A DNA stretch of 50,408 nt from contig DAONMJ010000002.1 in NCBI GenBank assembly GCA_035392545.1, forward strand, positions 1 to 50,408. The letters run 5' to 3'. Below are positions 18,185-28,906 of the stretch, in pieces. The translations under genes were made by a program, and so were the position numbers. The notes under the pieces are model-generated. The model did not search any database, was not told the DNA's origin, and saw only the letters and a list, made by a program, of their open reading frames with translations. Within the stretch, counting starts at the first letter, position 1. Each line of letters starts with the position of its first letter. The DNA is from a bacterium (GTDB lineage: Bacteria > Ratteibacteria > UBA8468 > B48-G9 > DTJG01).

Positions 18185-19321
18185 ATGAAAGAATTTTATT
18201 TCACATCAGAATCTGTAACAGAAGGACATCCTGACAAAATATGCGACCAGGTGTCAGATGCAATTCTGGACGATGTGCTGAGACAGGATGTTAATGGTCG
18301 GGTTGCATGTGAAACACTTGCCACGAGGGGACTTTTGTTTATTGCAGGAGAAATTACCACAGATGGGTATGTGGAAATACCGTCTCTTGTTAGAAACATT
18401 TTGAAAGAAATAGGCTATGTGGATAAAGAATATGGGTTTAATTATGACGCGAGCGCTATCATTACGGCAATTCAGGAGCAATCTCCAGACATCGCTCAGG
18501 GTGTTGATATCGGAGGGGCAGGTGACCAGGGAATGATGTTTGGATTTGCCACAAGGGAAACCCCTCAGTTGATGCCGCTTCCTATTATGCTGGCGCATGC
18601 TCTGGTAAAAAGACTTGCAGAGGTGAGAAAAAACAAGATTCTGGGTTATCTCAGACCTGATGGGAAATCTCAGGTTACAGTGAGATATTTTGATGAGAAA
18701 CCTGTGGAGGTGACAGCAGTTGTTCTTTCTTCGCAGCATGACGAAGGTATTTCGCAGGAAAAAATCAGAGAGGATTTGAGACAAACAGTTGTTGAACAGG
18801 TGATACCTGCAGAATTACTTGCAAAAGATTATCATTTGTTTGTAAATCCCACTGGCAGATTTGTTATCGGTGGGCCTCAAGCTGACACAGGAGTTACTGG
18901 AAGAAAAATTATCGTGGACACCTATGGCGGTTTTGGGAAGCACGGCGGTGGATGTTTTTCAGGAAAAGACCCGACAAAGGTTGATAGAACTGCTTCTTAT
19001 TTTGCAAGATATCTTGCAAAAAACATAGTGGCTTCAGGGGTGGCAGAAAAATGTGAAATTCAACTTTCGTATGTAATCGGTCAGAAGCAGCCGATTTCCA
19101 TTATGCTGAATATGTTTAATACTGAGAAGGTACCGGCAGAAAAAATCATTCAAATTATACGGAAAAATCTTGATTTATCTCCGTCTGGCATGATAAAAAA
19201 ACTGAATCTTCTCAGGCCAATTTTTAGAAAAACGGCCTGTTATGGACACTTTGGTAGAGAGGAAGAAGAATTTACCTGGGAGAAAACAGATATTGCCGAT
19301 CTTTTTGCAGGCGCAATGTAA
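18185..19321 (+). CDS. metK: S-adenosylmethionine synthetase
   Basis: 378 aa. [36 protein letters not shown] and [15 protein letters not shown]. Confidence 0.97.
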   Translation: MKEFYFTSESVTEGHPDKICDQVSDAILDDVLRQDVNGRVACETLATRGLLFIAGEITTDGYVEIPSLVRNILKEIGYVDKEYGFNYDASAIITAIQEQSPDIAQGVDIGGAGDQGMMFGFATRETPQLMPLPIMLAHALVKRLAEVRKNKILGYLRPDGKSQVTVRYFDEKPVEVTAVVLSSQHDEGISQEKIREDLRQTVVEQVIPAELLAKDYHLFVNPTGRFVIGGPQADTGVTGRKIIVDTYGGFGKHGGGCFSGKDPTKVDRTASYFARYLAKNIVASGVAEKCEIQLSYVIGQKQPISIMLNMFNTEKVPAEKIIQIIRKNLDLSPSGMIKKLNLLRPIFRKTACYGHFGREEEEFTWEKTDIADLFAGAM

Positions 19322-19333
19322 TAGGGGGTTCAT

Positions 19334-20590
19334 TTGAAAAAAAGAATATGTTGTGATATTAAGGATATGAAACTTGCCGATCAGGGCAGGGAAAGAATTG
19401 AGTGGGCAGTTCGTGAGATGCCGGTAATAAGAAAACTGCGTGCAGAAGAATCATCATCGTTATTCAAGAATCGTATCATCGGTGCATGCCTTCATATTAC
19501 GACTGAAACTGCAAATCTTGTTATCACATTGAAGAAATGTGGAGCAGAGGTTTATCTTGCCGCATCAAACCCTTTAAGCACCCAGGATGATGTAGCAGCA
19601 TGTCTTGTAAAGGATTACGGAATTTCTGTTTTTGGAATCAAGGGAGAAAACAGCAGGACGTATTTGCAGCATATCAAAGAAGTTGCAGCGAAAAATGTTC
19701 ACCTTGTCATTGATGATGGAGCGGATTTAATAGCGTTTCTACACAATAATCCATCTCTGGCGAAAAATGTAATTGGCGCGACAGAAGAAACTACAACAGG
19801 CGTTACCAGAATTAAGAACATTGAAAGAGAAGGAAAACTTCTTTTCCCTGTCATCGGAGTAAATGAAGCACTCACAAAATATATGTTTGATAATCGATAC
19901 GGGACAGGTCAGTCAACCATAGATGGTATTTTGAGAGCAACCAATACATTGATTGCAGGAAAAACCGTTGTTGTGTGCGGATATGGTTGGTGCGGCAGGG
20001 GGATTGCGAAAAACCTCAAAGGACTTGGTGCGAATGTCATTATAACAGAAGTTTCTCCTTTGAGAGCACTTGAAGCAGTGATGGATGGTTTCCGGGTTTT
20101 ACCAATAGAAGAAGCTGCTTGTTATGGCGATATATTTATCACCGCTACAGGAAATGCGAAAATTATTACTGGCAATGTTTTCAATAGAATGAAGGATGGT
20201 GCTATTCTTGCTAACGCAGGACATTTTAATGTTGAGATTGATATTGAAACACTGCAGAAAATATCAAGAAAAATTTCTGAGGTGAAACCTTTTGTGAAGG
20301 AGTTCATTTTGAAAACAGGGAAGAAAATTTATGTTCTTGCTGAGGGGCGCCTTGTGAATTTAGGTTGCGCCGAAGGACACCCTTCATCTGTTATGGACAT
20401 GAGTTTTGCAGGACAATTTCTGAGTTTAAAGTATTTTGTGAACAATCCAGGATTACCAGTAAAATATCATACAGTACCCGGTGAAATTGACAGAAAAATT
20501 GCACTGTTGAAATTAAACAGTATGGGTGTAAGGATAGACACCCTGACATCGTATCAGAAAAAATATCTCAATTCCTGGAATCTGGAGTAA
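19334..20590 (+). CDS. ahcY: Adenosylhomocysteinase
   Basis: 418 aa. TTTGV, the NAD-binding GYGWCGRG, and HFNVEID blocks. TTG start. Confidence 0.95.
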   Translation: MKKRICCDIKDMKLADQGRERIEWAVREMPVIRKLRAEESSSLFKNRIIGACLHITTETANLVITLKKCGAEVYLAASNPLSTQDDVAACLVKDYGISVFGIKGENSRTYLQHIKEVAAKNVHLVIDDGADLIAFLHNNPSLAKNVIGATEETTTGVTRIKNIEREGKLLFPVIGVNEALTKYMFDNRYGTGQSTIDGILRATNTLIAGKTVVVCGYGWCGRGIAKNLKGLGANVIITEVSPLRALEAVMDGFRVLPIEEAACYGDIFITATGNAKIITGNVFNRMKDGAILANAGHFNVEIDIETLQKISRKISEVKPFVKEFILKTGKKIYVLAEGRLVNLGCAEGHPSSVMDMSFAGQFLSLKYFVNNPGLPVKYHTVPGEIDRKIALLKLNSMGVRIDTLTSYQKKYLNSWNLE

Positions 20591-21207
20591 TGATTAGTAT
20601 TGGTTTGACAGGAGTTTTTGGATCAGGAAAATCAACGGTTTCCCAAATTTTCAGGAAAATGGGTATCCCGGTTATTTCATGTGATGTTATTGTGAATCGT
20701 CTTTTAAAATCGGAAAAAATAAAAGAAAAAATTGCTGAGGTTTTCGGTTACGAATATTTTCTCAAAAATGGAGAAATTGATAAAAAAAAACTGGCGGGAC
20801 TTGTATTTTCTTCGTCACTCAAACGTGAGCATCTTAACAAAATTATACATCCGTATGTTTTTGAAATCATGGAGAAAAAACTTGACACTTATCGGAAAAG
20901 GTGTAAAATGGCAGTTGTAGTTGAAATACCTCTTCTTTTTGAAACCCGAAGCGAGAAAAGGTTTGATATTATTATTACTGTTTTTTCCCCATGTCAGGCA
21001 ATAAGAGAAAGGTTAAAAAAAAGGTATTCTCCGCAGGAAATTGAAATGCGTTTGAAGTCGCAGATGCCCTTAGAGAAGAAAATGCGTTTGTCCGATTATG
21101 TGATTGACAATTCAGGTTCTCTTTTTGAAACCAGGATGCAGGTGAAAAAGATACTGCAAGAAATAATGGGGAGGCAATCAATATGGCAGAAGAAATCAAA
21201 GAATTGA
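20590..21207 (+). CDS. coaE: Dephospho-CoA kinase
   Basis: 205 aa. P-loop [12 protein letters not shown] and an IHPYV block. TAATG overlap with ahcY. Confidence 0.9.
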   Translation: MISIGLTGVFGSGKSTVSQIFRKMGIPVISCDVIVNRLLKSEKIKEKIAEVFGYEYFLKNGEIDKKKLAGLVFSSSLKREHLNKIIHPYVFEIMEKKLDTYRKRCKMAVVVEIPLLFETRSEKRFDIIITVFSPCQAIRERLKKRYSPQEIEMRLKSQMPLEKKMRLSDYVIDNSGSLFETRMQVKKILQEIMGRQSIWQKKSKN

Positions 21208-22469
21208 ATATTGCGATTTTGAAAAAAACAGCAATCTCAAGGTTACAAAAACTTGCAAGGGATATGGGAGTCAATGGTGTCAGTGGTCTGACTAAGGAAG
21301 AACTAATTTACAGAATCATGCAGGCTCAGGCTGAGAAAAATGGACTTTTGTTCGGAGAGGGAGTTCTTGAAATTCTTCCTGACGGATTTGGGTTTCTTCG
21401 CTCTTCAAATCACAACTATCTTCCGGGTCCTGATGACATTTATGTTTCACCCTCACAGATAAAAAAATTCGGATTGAAAACAGGAGATACCGTATCAGGG
21501 CAGATCAGACCTCCAAAAGAGAACGAAAAATACTTTGCGCTTCTGAAGGTTGAAATGGTTAATTCTGAGGAACCGGAAAAAATTCAGGATCGCGTTCCAT
21601 TTGAAGAATTAACGCCAATTCATCCTGACAAGCGGTTTATTCTTGAAACAAAATCTGAAGAAATTACGACCCGCGTTATTGACCTCATCTGTCCCATAGG
21701 CAAAGGGCAGAGGGGATTAATTGTATCTCCTCCGAGGGCAGGAAAGACCGTGATACTTCAGAAAATCGCCAATGCCATTGCCATAAACAATCCAGAAGTA
21801 CATCTGATAGTACTTCTTGTTGGCGAAAGACCAGAAGAAGTTACTGAAATGAAAAGGTCTGTGAAAGGAGAAGTTGTCAGCGCAACCTTTGATGAGCCTC
21901 CTGACAGGCATGTGCAGGTAGCTGATGTTGCGCTTGAAAGGGCGAAAAGGCTTGTGGAGCACAAAAAAGACGTTGTGATTTTACTTGACAGTATCACACG
22001 GCTTGCCAGGGCTCACAATGTGCTGGTTCCTCATAGCGGCAAGATCATGACCGGCGGGCTTGAATCAAACGCACTTGACAAACCAAAAAGGTTTTTTGGT
22101 TCAGCAAGAAATGTTGAAGAAGGAGGCAGTTTAACAATTCTTGGAACAGCGCTTATTGATACAGGAAGCAAAATGGACGATGTGATTTTTGAAGAGTTCA
22201 AGGGAACAGGAAATATGGAAATTAACCTTGATAGAAAACTTGCAGACAGAAGGACATTTCCTGCCATAGATATCAATCGTTCAGGCACAAGAAGGGAAGA
22301 ACTGCTTGTTAATGCAGAAGAACTTCAATTAGTATGGCTATTGCGAAAAATTCTTGCGCCATTGAATCCTGTTGAAGCAATGGAACTGCTAATTTCAAGA
22401 TTGAAGTCAACCCATTCTAATATTGAACTATTAATGAGTTTAAAACAGGCAAGAGAAACATCAAGGTGA
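21183..22469 (+). CDS. rho: Transcription termination factor Rho
   Basis: 428 aa. N-terminal Rho_N, CSD-like RNA-binding domain (GFGFLR), Walker A PPRAGKT and RecA-type ATPase core. Overlaps the coaE 3' end by 25 nt. Confidence 0.97.
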   Translation: MAEEIKELNIAILKKTAISRLQKLARDMGVNGVSGLTKEELIYRIMQAQAEKNGLLFGEGVLEILPDGFGFLRSSNHNYLPGPDDIYVSPSQIKKFGLKTGDTVSGQIRPPKENEKYFALLKVEMVNSEEPEKIQDRVPFEELTPIHPDKRFILETKSEEITTRVIDLICPIGKGQRGLIVSPPRAGKTVILQKIANAIAINNPEVHLIVLLVGERPEEVTEMKRSVKGEVVSATFDEPPDRHVQVADVALERAKRLVEHKKDVVILLDSITRLARAHNVLVPHSGKIMTGGLESNALDKPKRFFGSARNVEEGGSLTILGTALIDTGSKMDDVIFEEFKGTGNMEINLDRKLADRRTFPAIDINRSGTRREELLVNAEELQLVWLLRKILAPLNPVEAMELLISRLKSTHSNIELLMSLKQARETSR

Positions 22470-22482
22470 AAGGAGGAATTTT

Positions 22483-23646
22483 ATGGGGATGTGGATAGGA
22501 AGGGGTCGGAAGGCTCGTGTTTGTTATGGATTTGATGACATTTCCCTTGTACCTGGAAGTTTGACGATTAACCCTGCTGAGATTGATATTTCTGTGATTA
22601 TTGCTGGGAAACGACTTGAAGTTCCAATTCTGGCTGCCGCGATGGATGGTGTGGTTGACCCGAAATTTGCAATCGCATTTGGAAAAACCGGAGGACTGGC
22701 TGTTTTTAATCTTATGGGTATCTACACCCGTTACGACGACCCTTATTCTGTTATAGAGGAAATCATTGCCTGTCCGCAGGAAAAAGCCACTGCACTGATC
22801 CAGAAGATTTATCATGAACCGGTGAAGGAACATCTTATCGAAAAAAGGATTCAGGAAATTAAAGATGGGGGAGTGTTATGCGCGGTCAGTTCCATTCCGC
22901 AGCACGCAGAAAGATTTGGTGCCATTGCCCAGAGTGCTGGGGCTGACATTTTTGTTGTGCAGTCAACAGTGACAACCGCAAAACATATTTCAAGTACTTA
23001 TAAACCCCTTGACTTTTTTGAGTTTTGTTCTTCAATGAAAATTCCTGTGTGCGCGGGTAATTGTGTTACCTATCAGGTTGCTCTTGAATTGATGGAAACC
23101 GGTATTTCCGGACTACTTGTTGGTATCGGACCAGGCGCTGCCTGTACAACGAGAGAAGTCCTTGGAATAGGGGTGCCACAGGTTGCTGCGACTGTTGATT
23201 GTGCCGCGGCAAGGGACTTTTTTTACAAGCGCACAGGAAAATATGTGCCCATTATTACTGATGGAGGTATGATTACCAGTGGTGACATATGCAAGGCGTT
23301 TGCGTGCGGAGCAGACGCTGTGATGGTTGGTTCTGCGTTTGTAAGAGCAAACGAAGCACCTGCAAAGGGATATCACTGGGGTATGGCAACATCTGACGAA
23401 AACCTGCCAAGAGGCACTAGAATCAGACTTGGTACCACAGGACCTGTAAAACAAATATTATTTGGACCATCAAATACAGATGATGGTTCACAGAATCTTA
23501 TTGGTGCTCTGCGACTTTCAATGGCAAGTCTTGGTGCAAGTAACATAAGGGAACTGCAACTTGTCGAAATAGCCATAGCGCCTTCTATTAAGACAGAAGG
23601 GAAAATATACCAGGTTGCGAAGAAACAGGCGATGATCGGAAAATGA
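22483..23646 (+). CDS. IMP dehydrogenase-related protein, GuaB3-like (no CBS insert)
   Basis: 387 aa. IMPDH/GMPR TIM barrel with GIGPGAACTTRE and ITDGGM blocks, but no CBS pair. Resembles the IMPDH-related family 2 of unknown function. AGGAGG Shine-Dalgarno. Confidence 0.8.
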   Translation: MGMWIGRGRKARVCYGFDDISLVPGSLTINPAEIDISVIIAGKRLEVPILAAAMDGVVDPKFAIAFGKTGGLAVFNLMGIYTRYDDPYSVIEEIIACPQEKATALIQKIYHEPVKEHLIEKRIQEIKDGGVLCAVSSIPQHAERFGAIAQSAGADIFVVQSTVTTAKHISSTYKPLDFFEFCSSMKIPVCAGNCVTYQVALELMETGISGLLVGIGPGAACTTREVLGIGVPQVAATVDCAAARDFFYKRTGKYVPIITDGGMITSGDICKAFACGADAVMVGSAFVRANEAPAKGYHWGMATSDENLPRGTRIRLGTTGPVKQILFGPSNTDDGSQNLIGALRLSMASLGASNIRELQLVEIAIAPSIKTEGKIYQVAKKQAMIGK

Positions 23647-26600
23647 AGGATTTTGTTCATCTCCATCTGCATACCGAATATAGTCTGCTTGATGGTATGT
23701 GCCGTATTGATGAGGTTACAAAACTTGCCCACCAGTATGGAATGCCAGGTGTTGCAATTACTGACCATGGCGGACTTTTTGGCGTTATTCCCTTTTATGA
23801 AAGTGCACTCAATCACGGGATAAAGCCCATCATCGGATGCGAGATGTATATGAGTTCTGGTAGCAGGTTTGAAAAGAAGAGCACGGACAAACGAGAATCT
23901 GCTTATCACCTGACTGTTCTTGCAATCAACAACAAAGGTTATGAGAATCTTATAGAGTTATCAACACTTTCTTACCTTGAAGGATATTACCATAAACCGA
24001 GAATTGATCGAGAGTTACTTTCAAAACTTTCAGATGGATTGATTGTATTAAGCGGTTGCCTTCAGGGAGAGATTAATCAATTGCTTCTTTCTGGAAACCA
24101 AGACAGAGCGATATCCGCACTGAACTGGTACCTTGATGTTTTCGGAAAAGAAAATTTTTATATTGAGTTAATGGAAAATGGTATCCCTGAACAGACAAAA
24201 GCGAATAGAATGGTTATTGATATTGCCAGAAAAAATGGAATAAAAATTGTTGCTACTAATGATTGTCACTATCTCAGGAAAAACGATGTTTTTACACATG
24301 AAATCCTGCTTTGTATTCAAACAGGGACAAATGTAGAAGACGAAAACAGGTTGAAATTCTCAGGTTCTGAATTCTATTTCAAGAGTCCTGAAGAAATGCA
24401 GTTGCTTTTTAAGGAAATACCTGAAGCAACAAAAAACACTGTTGAGATTTTTGAGAAGTGCAATGTAACTTTTGATTTTTCAACTCATCATATTCCTCGT
24501 TTTCCTGTTCCAGAGGGTATGTCAGACGCAGAATATCTTGAAAAACTTGTTTTTAATGGTCTTCAGAGACAATTTGGCATGACCATTGATCAGGATAATG
24601 AGATTACAAAGAGGGTCAGATACGAACTGGATGTCATAAAAAAAATGAATTTTTCAGGTTACTTTCTGATCATTCAGGATATTGTCAACGAGGCAAAAAA
24701 AAGAAAGATAGCGGTTGGCCCAGGACGGGGTTCAGGTCCTGGCAGCCTTGTTGCGTATCTTCTCGGAATCACTGAAATCAATCCTTTGAAATATGACCTA
24801 TTATTTGAACGATTTTTGAATCCGGATAGAATTTCAATGCCTGATATTGACCTTGATTTTGACGATACCAAAAGGGATCAGGTTATAGATTACATCAGAC
24901 AGAAATATGGCGAAAAAAATGTTGCTCAGATAGCAACGTTTGGTACCATGGGCGCAAGAGCAGTGGTGAGAGATGTTGGCAGGGCATTAAGAATGAGCTA
25001 TACAGAAGTTGACAGAATAGCAAAGTTAATTTCGCCAGAACCCGGAGCATTGCTGAAAGAAGAATTGGTAAAGAATGAAGAAATCAAACGACTCATCGGG
25101 GCAGATGAAAGAGTAAAAAAGCTGTTTGACATTTCACTTTCTCTTGAGGGTCTGGCAAGGCACGCCTCAACCCATGCGGCAGGCGTTGTTATTACTGATA
25201 TTCCAACATATAAGTATGTTCCTCTATTTCGCGGAACCAGGGGTGAGGTATCAAGTCAGTTTGACATGACGGGTATTGAAAAAATAGGGCTTTTGAAGAT
25301 AGACATCCTCGGGTTAAAAAATCTTTCAATGATAGAAGAAGCTGTCAAACTGGTTAAAATTCATAAAAAGGTGGAAATTACAGAATTCCCTGAGAACGAT
25401 AAAAAATCTTATGATATGCTGTGTAAAGGAGAATCCATTGGTTTATTTCAGATGGAGAGTCAGGGTATGCAGGAACTGTTAAGAAGAATTAAACCAAGGG
25501 TATTTGAGGACATTATTGCAATACTTGCGCTATATAGACCAGGACCAATGCAAAGTGGAATGGTTGAACAATATATTCAATACAAAAAAGACCCATCAAA
25601 AATTAGATACGACCATCCTTTGATGGAACCTGTTCTTAAGACCACTTACGGAGTGATTCTCTACCAGGAACAGGTAATGAAACTTGCCAGTGTGATTGGA
25701 AGTTTCACGATGGCTGAGGCAGACATTTTGCGCAAGGCAATGGGCAAGAAAGACCCTGAACTACTTGAAAAACAGAGAGAGAAATTCCTTAAAGGTGCAA
25801 AACAGAAAGGGATTCGTCAGGATGTCGCAGAGAAAATTTTCAATAATATGGCAAAGTTTGCAGGGTATGGTTTTAATAAATCTCATAGTACCTGTTATGC
25901 AATGATTGCATATCAAACAGTATATCTGAAGGCAAATTATCCTCTTGAATATATGACAGCCCTGTTGAACAGCGAAATAGGTAATGAAGAGAAGATTAGA
26001 ATGTATATTGAAGAGGCTGAACGAATGAATATATGGGTTCTTCCACCAGATATACAGGCAAGCGATGAAAAATTTTCAATAGTTGGAAACGATATACTGT
26101 TTGGTTTGTCTGCAATAAAAAATGTTGGGCAGGGAGCAATTCAATCAATTATTGAAGCCAGAAAACAGGGTAAATTTGAGTCCCTTTTTGACTTTTGCCA
26201 GAGGGTTGACCTCAGGTTAATCAATAGAAAGGTTATAGAGAGCCTTATTAAGGCAGGTGCTTTTGATTCTTTTGAAAAACCAAGATCTCAGCTGTATGCA
26301 TTAATGGATGAAGCAATAGAACAGGGTAGTAGATTGCAGAAACTTAATGTTGAGGGACAGCTTTCAATTTTTTCAAAAACAGAAAAATTTATACCGCCAT
26401 CAATACATGATGCAATTTCTGAACTTCCTGAGTGGCCGGAATCAAAACTTCTTGCATTTGAAAGAGAAATGCTGGGAGTTTATAGAACAGGACATCCCCT
26501 TGAGAATTGTCGTGAGACGCTTTCGCACTTTGTAAATGCATGGAGTAATCAGGTTGACGAACTTGCTGAGGGAAAAGAATACTGGTTTGGTGGGTTGATA

Positions 26601-27065
26601 CAGAATCTCAAACGTAAAACCAGTAGAAAAGGGGAAAAGATGGCTATAGGAGAACTTGAAGACCTTTACGGTAAAATAGAAGTCGTTTTTTATCCGCAAA
26701 TATATGAAAACATTTCAAGTCTTCTGAAGGTGAGTAATATTGTTTTTGTAAAAGGCAAAGTGGAACATAGGTCTGAAAGAACAACCATTGTAGCAAAGGA
26801 TGTTGCCACAATTAATACAGTTGCCGAAAAATGCGCAAAAAGTTTGACGATAACATTTGGTTTAGAGACCTCCAGAAACGTGCTTTCTCAATTAAAAGAA
26901 ATTTTTGAATCTCACAGAGGCAACTCCATTGTGTATCTCGTTATAAACGATAATAACGGCGGTCACATAAAATTGAAATTAAGCAAATTTCAGGTTGCAC
27001 TTGTTCCTGAATTATTTGACAAACTAAAACAGGTTTTCCCTGAACAGAATATTTCTTTAAATTAA
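23643..27065 (+). CDS. dnaE: DNA polymerase III alpha subunit
   Basis: 1140 aa. N-terminal PHP domain (FVHLHLHTEYSLLDG), polymerase core (PDIDLDF), HhH and OB-fold C terminus. Confidence 0.97.
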   Translation: MKDFVHLHLHTEYSLLDGMCRIDEVTKLAHQYGMPGVAITDHGGLFGVIPFYESALNHGIKPIIGCEMYMSSGSRFEKKSTDKRESAYHLTVLAINNKGYENLIELSTLSYLEGYYHKPRIDRELLSKLSDGLIVLSGCLQGEINQLLLSGNQDRAISALNWYLDVFGKENFYIELMENGIPEQTKANRMVIDIARKNGIKIVATNDCHYLRKNDVFTHEILLCIQTGTNVEDENRLKFSGSEFYFKSPEEMQLLFKEIPEATKNTVEIFEKCNVTFDFSTHHIPRFPVPEGMSDAEYLEKLVFNGLQRQFGMTIDQDNEITKRVRYELDVIKKMNFSGYFLIIQDIVNEAKKRKIAVGPGRGSGPGSLVAYLLGITEINPLKYDLLFERFLNPDRISMPDIDLDFDDTKRDQVIDYIRQKYGEKNVAQIATFGTMGARAVVRDVGRALRMSYTEVDRIAKLISPEPGALLKEELVKNEEIKRLIGADERVKKLFDISLSLEGLARHASTHAAGVVITDIPTYKYVPLFRGTRGEVSSQFDMTGIEKIGLLKIDILGLKNLSMIEEAVKLVKIHKKVEITEFPENDKKSYDMLCKGESIGLFQMESQGMQELLRRIKPRVFEDIIAILALYRPGPMQSGMVEQYIQYKKDPSKIRYDHPLMEPVLKTTYGVILYQEQVMKLASVIGSFTMAEADILRKAMGKKDPELLEKQREKFLKGAKQKGIRQDVAEKIFNNMAKFAGYGFNKSHSTCYAMIAYQTVYLKANYPLEYMTALLNSEIGNEEKIRMYIEEAERMNIWVLPPDIQASDEKFSIVGNDILFGLSAIKNVGQGAIQSIIEARKQGKFESLFDFCQRVDLRLINRKVIESLIKAGAFDSFEKPRSQLYALMDEAIEQGSRLQKLNVEGQLSIFSKTEKFIPPSIHDAISELPEWPESKLLAFEREMLGVYRTGHPLENCRETLSHFVNAWSNQVDELAEGKEYWFGGLIQNLKRKTSRKGEKMAIGELEDLYGKIEVVFYPQIYENISSLLKVSNIVFVKGKVEHRSERTTIVAKDVATINTVAEKCAKSLTITFGLETSRNVLSQLKEIFESHRGNSIVYLVINDNNGGHIKLKLSKFQVALVPELFDKLKQVFPEQNISLN

Positions 27066-27066
27066 T

Positions 27067-28101
27067 ATGGAACAGATTATAAAGACACTTTCCTGGAAGA
27101 AAAGTTTTCTTGAAATTATGGATCAGTCGCGGCTCCCTTCTCAGGAAAAATACATCAAACTTTTTACAGTGAATCAGGTGTATCAAGCAATTAAAACTTT
27201 AAAAATTAGAGGTGCTCCTGCGATAGGACTTGCTGCTGCGTTTGGATTGCTTCTTGCAACAAAACAAATGAAGACAAAAAACAAAGACAAGTTTTTCTAT
27301 TTGATCCAGCAGAAGGCGGAATATTTGAAGGGTTGCAGGCCTACTGCCTACAACCTGTTTTACGGTATTGACAGGTTGATTGATGTCGCAAAACAGCACC
27401 TGCATCTTTCTATTGAAGAAATCATAATGACGATGGAAAAAGAGTGTTTGAACATGTTTTACGAAGACCTTCAAAACAGTTTTAAAATAGCAGAATATGG
27501 TGAAAAACTTATTAAGGATGGAATGAGAATATTAACTCATTGTAATGCTGGTGCCCTGGCAACATCAGGCATAGGAACAGCGCTTGCTCCGATTTATCTT
27601 GCGGCAAAAAGAAATAAGAAAGTGGAAGTATTTGTGGATGAAACAAGGCCTGTATTACAGGGAGCACGACTTACCATGTGGGAGTTGAAAAAAGCAAAAA
27701 TAAAATGCACCCTTGTATGCGACAATATGGCGGGGTTTCTTATGCAGCAAAAAAAGATTGACATTGTAATTACAGGGGCTGATAGAATTGCAAGAAATGG
27801 TGACACCGCCAATAAAATTGGCACTTATTCTGTTGCAGTGCTTGCAAAATTCCATGATATACCATTTTATATTGCTGCGCCACTTTCGACATTTGATTTT
27901 TCCTTGCCTGATGGTAACGCCATTCCAATAGAGCAGAGGAATAAAAAAGAAATTGAGTATATCCAGGGGAAAAGGATTGCGCCGCTCAATATCAATGTTT
28001 ATAATCCTGCTTTTGATGTTACGCCTTGCAATTTAATCACAGGAGTTATTACTGAAAAAGGATTATTCAGGGCAGATAGAATAAAGAATTTGACAAGATA
28101 A
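27067..28101 (+). CDS. mtnA: Methylthioribose-1-phosphate isomerase (eIF-2B alpha/beta/delta-like family)
   Basis: 344 aa. IRGAPAIG, THCNAGALAT, VDETRPVLQGARLT and ADRIARNGDTANKIGTY blocks. Confidence 0.85.
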   Translation: MEQIIKTLSWKKSFLEIMDQSRLPSQEKYIKLFTVNQVYQAIKTLKIRGAPAIGLAAAFGLLLATKQMKTKNKDKFFYLIQQKAEYLKGCRPTAYNLFYGIDRLIDVAKQHLHLSIEEIIMTMEKECLNMFYEDLQNSFKIAEYGEKLIKDGMRILTHCNAGALATSGIGTALAPIYLAAKRNKKVEVFVDETRPVLQGARLTMWELKKAKIKCTLVCDNMAGFLMQQKKIDIVITGADRIARNGDTANKIGTYSVAVLAKFHDIPFYIAAPLSTFDFSLPDGNAIPIEQRNKKEIEYIQGKRIAPLNINVYNPAFDVTPCNLITGVITEKGLFRADRIKNLTR

Positions 28102-28117
28102 AAAAAAATGGTATTAT
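28090..28117 (+). promoter_or_regulatory. Candidate 5S rRNA promoter: TTGACA (28090-28095), 16 nt spacer, TGg-TATTAT (28109-28117)
   Basis: Perfect -35 lying inside the last codons of mtnA, plus an extended -10. The predicted +1 (about 28123-28125) coincides with the first base of 5S helix I. Confidence 0.55.
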
Positions 28118-28122
28118 TATAT

Positions 28123-28239
28123 TCCCGGCAACCATGGCCGAGGGGAAACACCCGTTCCCATCCCGAACACGGTCGTTAAGCCCTCTGGCGCCGATGGTAC
28201 TGTCCGCGAGAGCGGGCGGGAGAGTAGGTGTTGCCGGGA
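28123..28239 (+). rRNA. rrf: 5S ribosomal RNA (about 117 nt), not linked to 16S/23S in this window
   Basis: GC-rich island in AT-rich DNA. Termini TCCCGGCAA / TTGCCGGGA pair as helix I. Universal 5S blocks are present: CCCGTTCCCATCCCGAACACGG, GCGCCGATGGTACTG and GGGAGAGTAGG. It aligns by eye to E. coli 5S. Confidence 0.93.
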
Positions 28240-28245
28240 TTTTTT
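28240..28245 (+). terminator. T6 tract directly after 5S helix I; possible intrinsic stop for the 5S transcript
   Basis: TTTTTT follows the 9-bp terminal helix immediately and overlaps the TAA stop of convergent phoU (28244-28246). There is no separate local hairpin, so this is tentative. Confidence 0.35.
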
Positions 28246-28897
28246 ATTCTGTGGAATGATGCTTTATAATTTTACCTTCAACCATAAAAACCACATCTTC
28301 ACTGATGTTTGTTGATAAATCCGCAATTCTTTCAAGATTTTGAGATATGCGAAGAAGTTGCAAGGATCTTTCTATTGTAGAAGGATCTGAAATCATATAT
28401 GTGATGAGTTCTCTCGCGATCTGGTCTCTCAATCTATCAACAATTTCGTCTCTTCTGCAAACACTTTTAGCGAGTTCAGCATCCTGATTGATGAAAGATT
28501 TTAAACTATTTTTCAACATGCCTGCTGCTTCTTCAGCCATTCTCGGGGTATCTATTAATGGTTTCACATCAGGTCTTTCAATTAAAAACAATGCGCTCTG
28601 AGCAATATTTACTGCATGGTCTCCTATTCTCTCAAGGTCATTATTGATTTTTAGAATCATCAGGGTTGTTCTTAAATAGGATGCTTTTGGAGAATATTGG
28701 GCAATAATTTCAATGCACATCTCTTCGATTTCTATTTCCAATTTATTTGCGATTGCTTCATCACCTTCTATGATTTTTTTAAGAATAGAGGCGTTCTTTT
28801 TTAAAAGACCGTCTATGCTTTCTGCAATCATATTTTCAACCAGCAATGAAAATTCAATAAGTTTCTGTTTTGTTTCGTTAATTCTGTTTTCTATCAT
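28244..28897 (-). CDS. phoU: Phosphate signalling complex protein PhoU
   Basis: 217 aa. Two PhoU repeats, each with an E(R)IGD-type motif (LERIGDHAVNI, LERIADLSTNI). Confidence 0.93.
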   Translation of the reverse strand: MIENRINETKQKLIEFSLLVENMIAESIDGLLKKNASILKKIIEGDEAIANKLEIEIEEMCIEIIAQYSPKASYLRTTLMILKINNDLERIGDHAVNIAQSALFLIERPDVKPLIDTPRMAEEAAGMLKNSLKSFINQDAELAKSVCRRDEIVDRLRDQIARELITYMISDPSTIERSLQLLRISQNLERIADLSTNISEDVVFMVEGKIIKHHSTE

Positions 28898-28906
28898 GAT
28901 ATCTCC

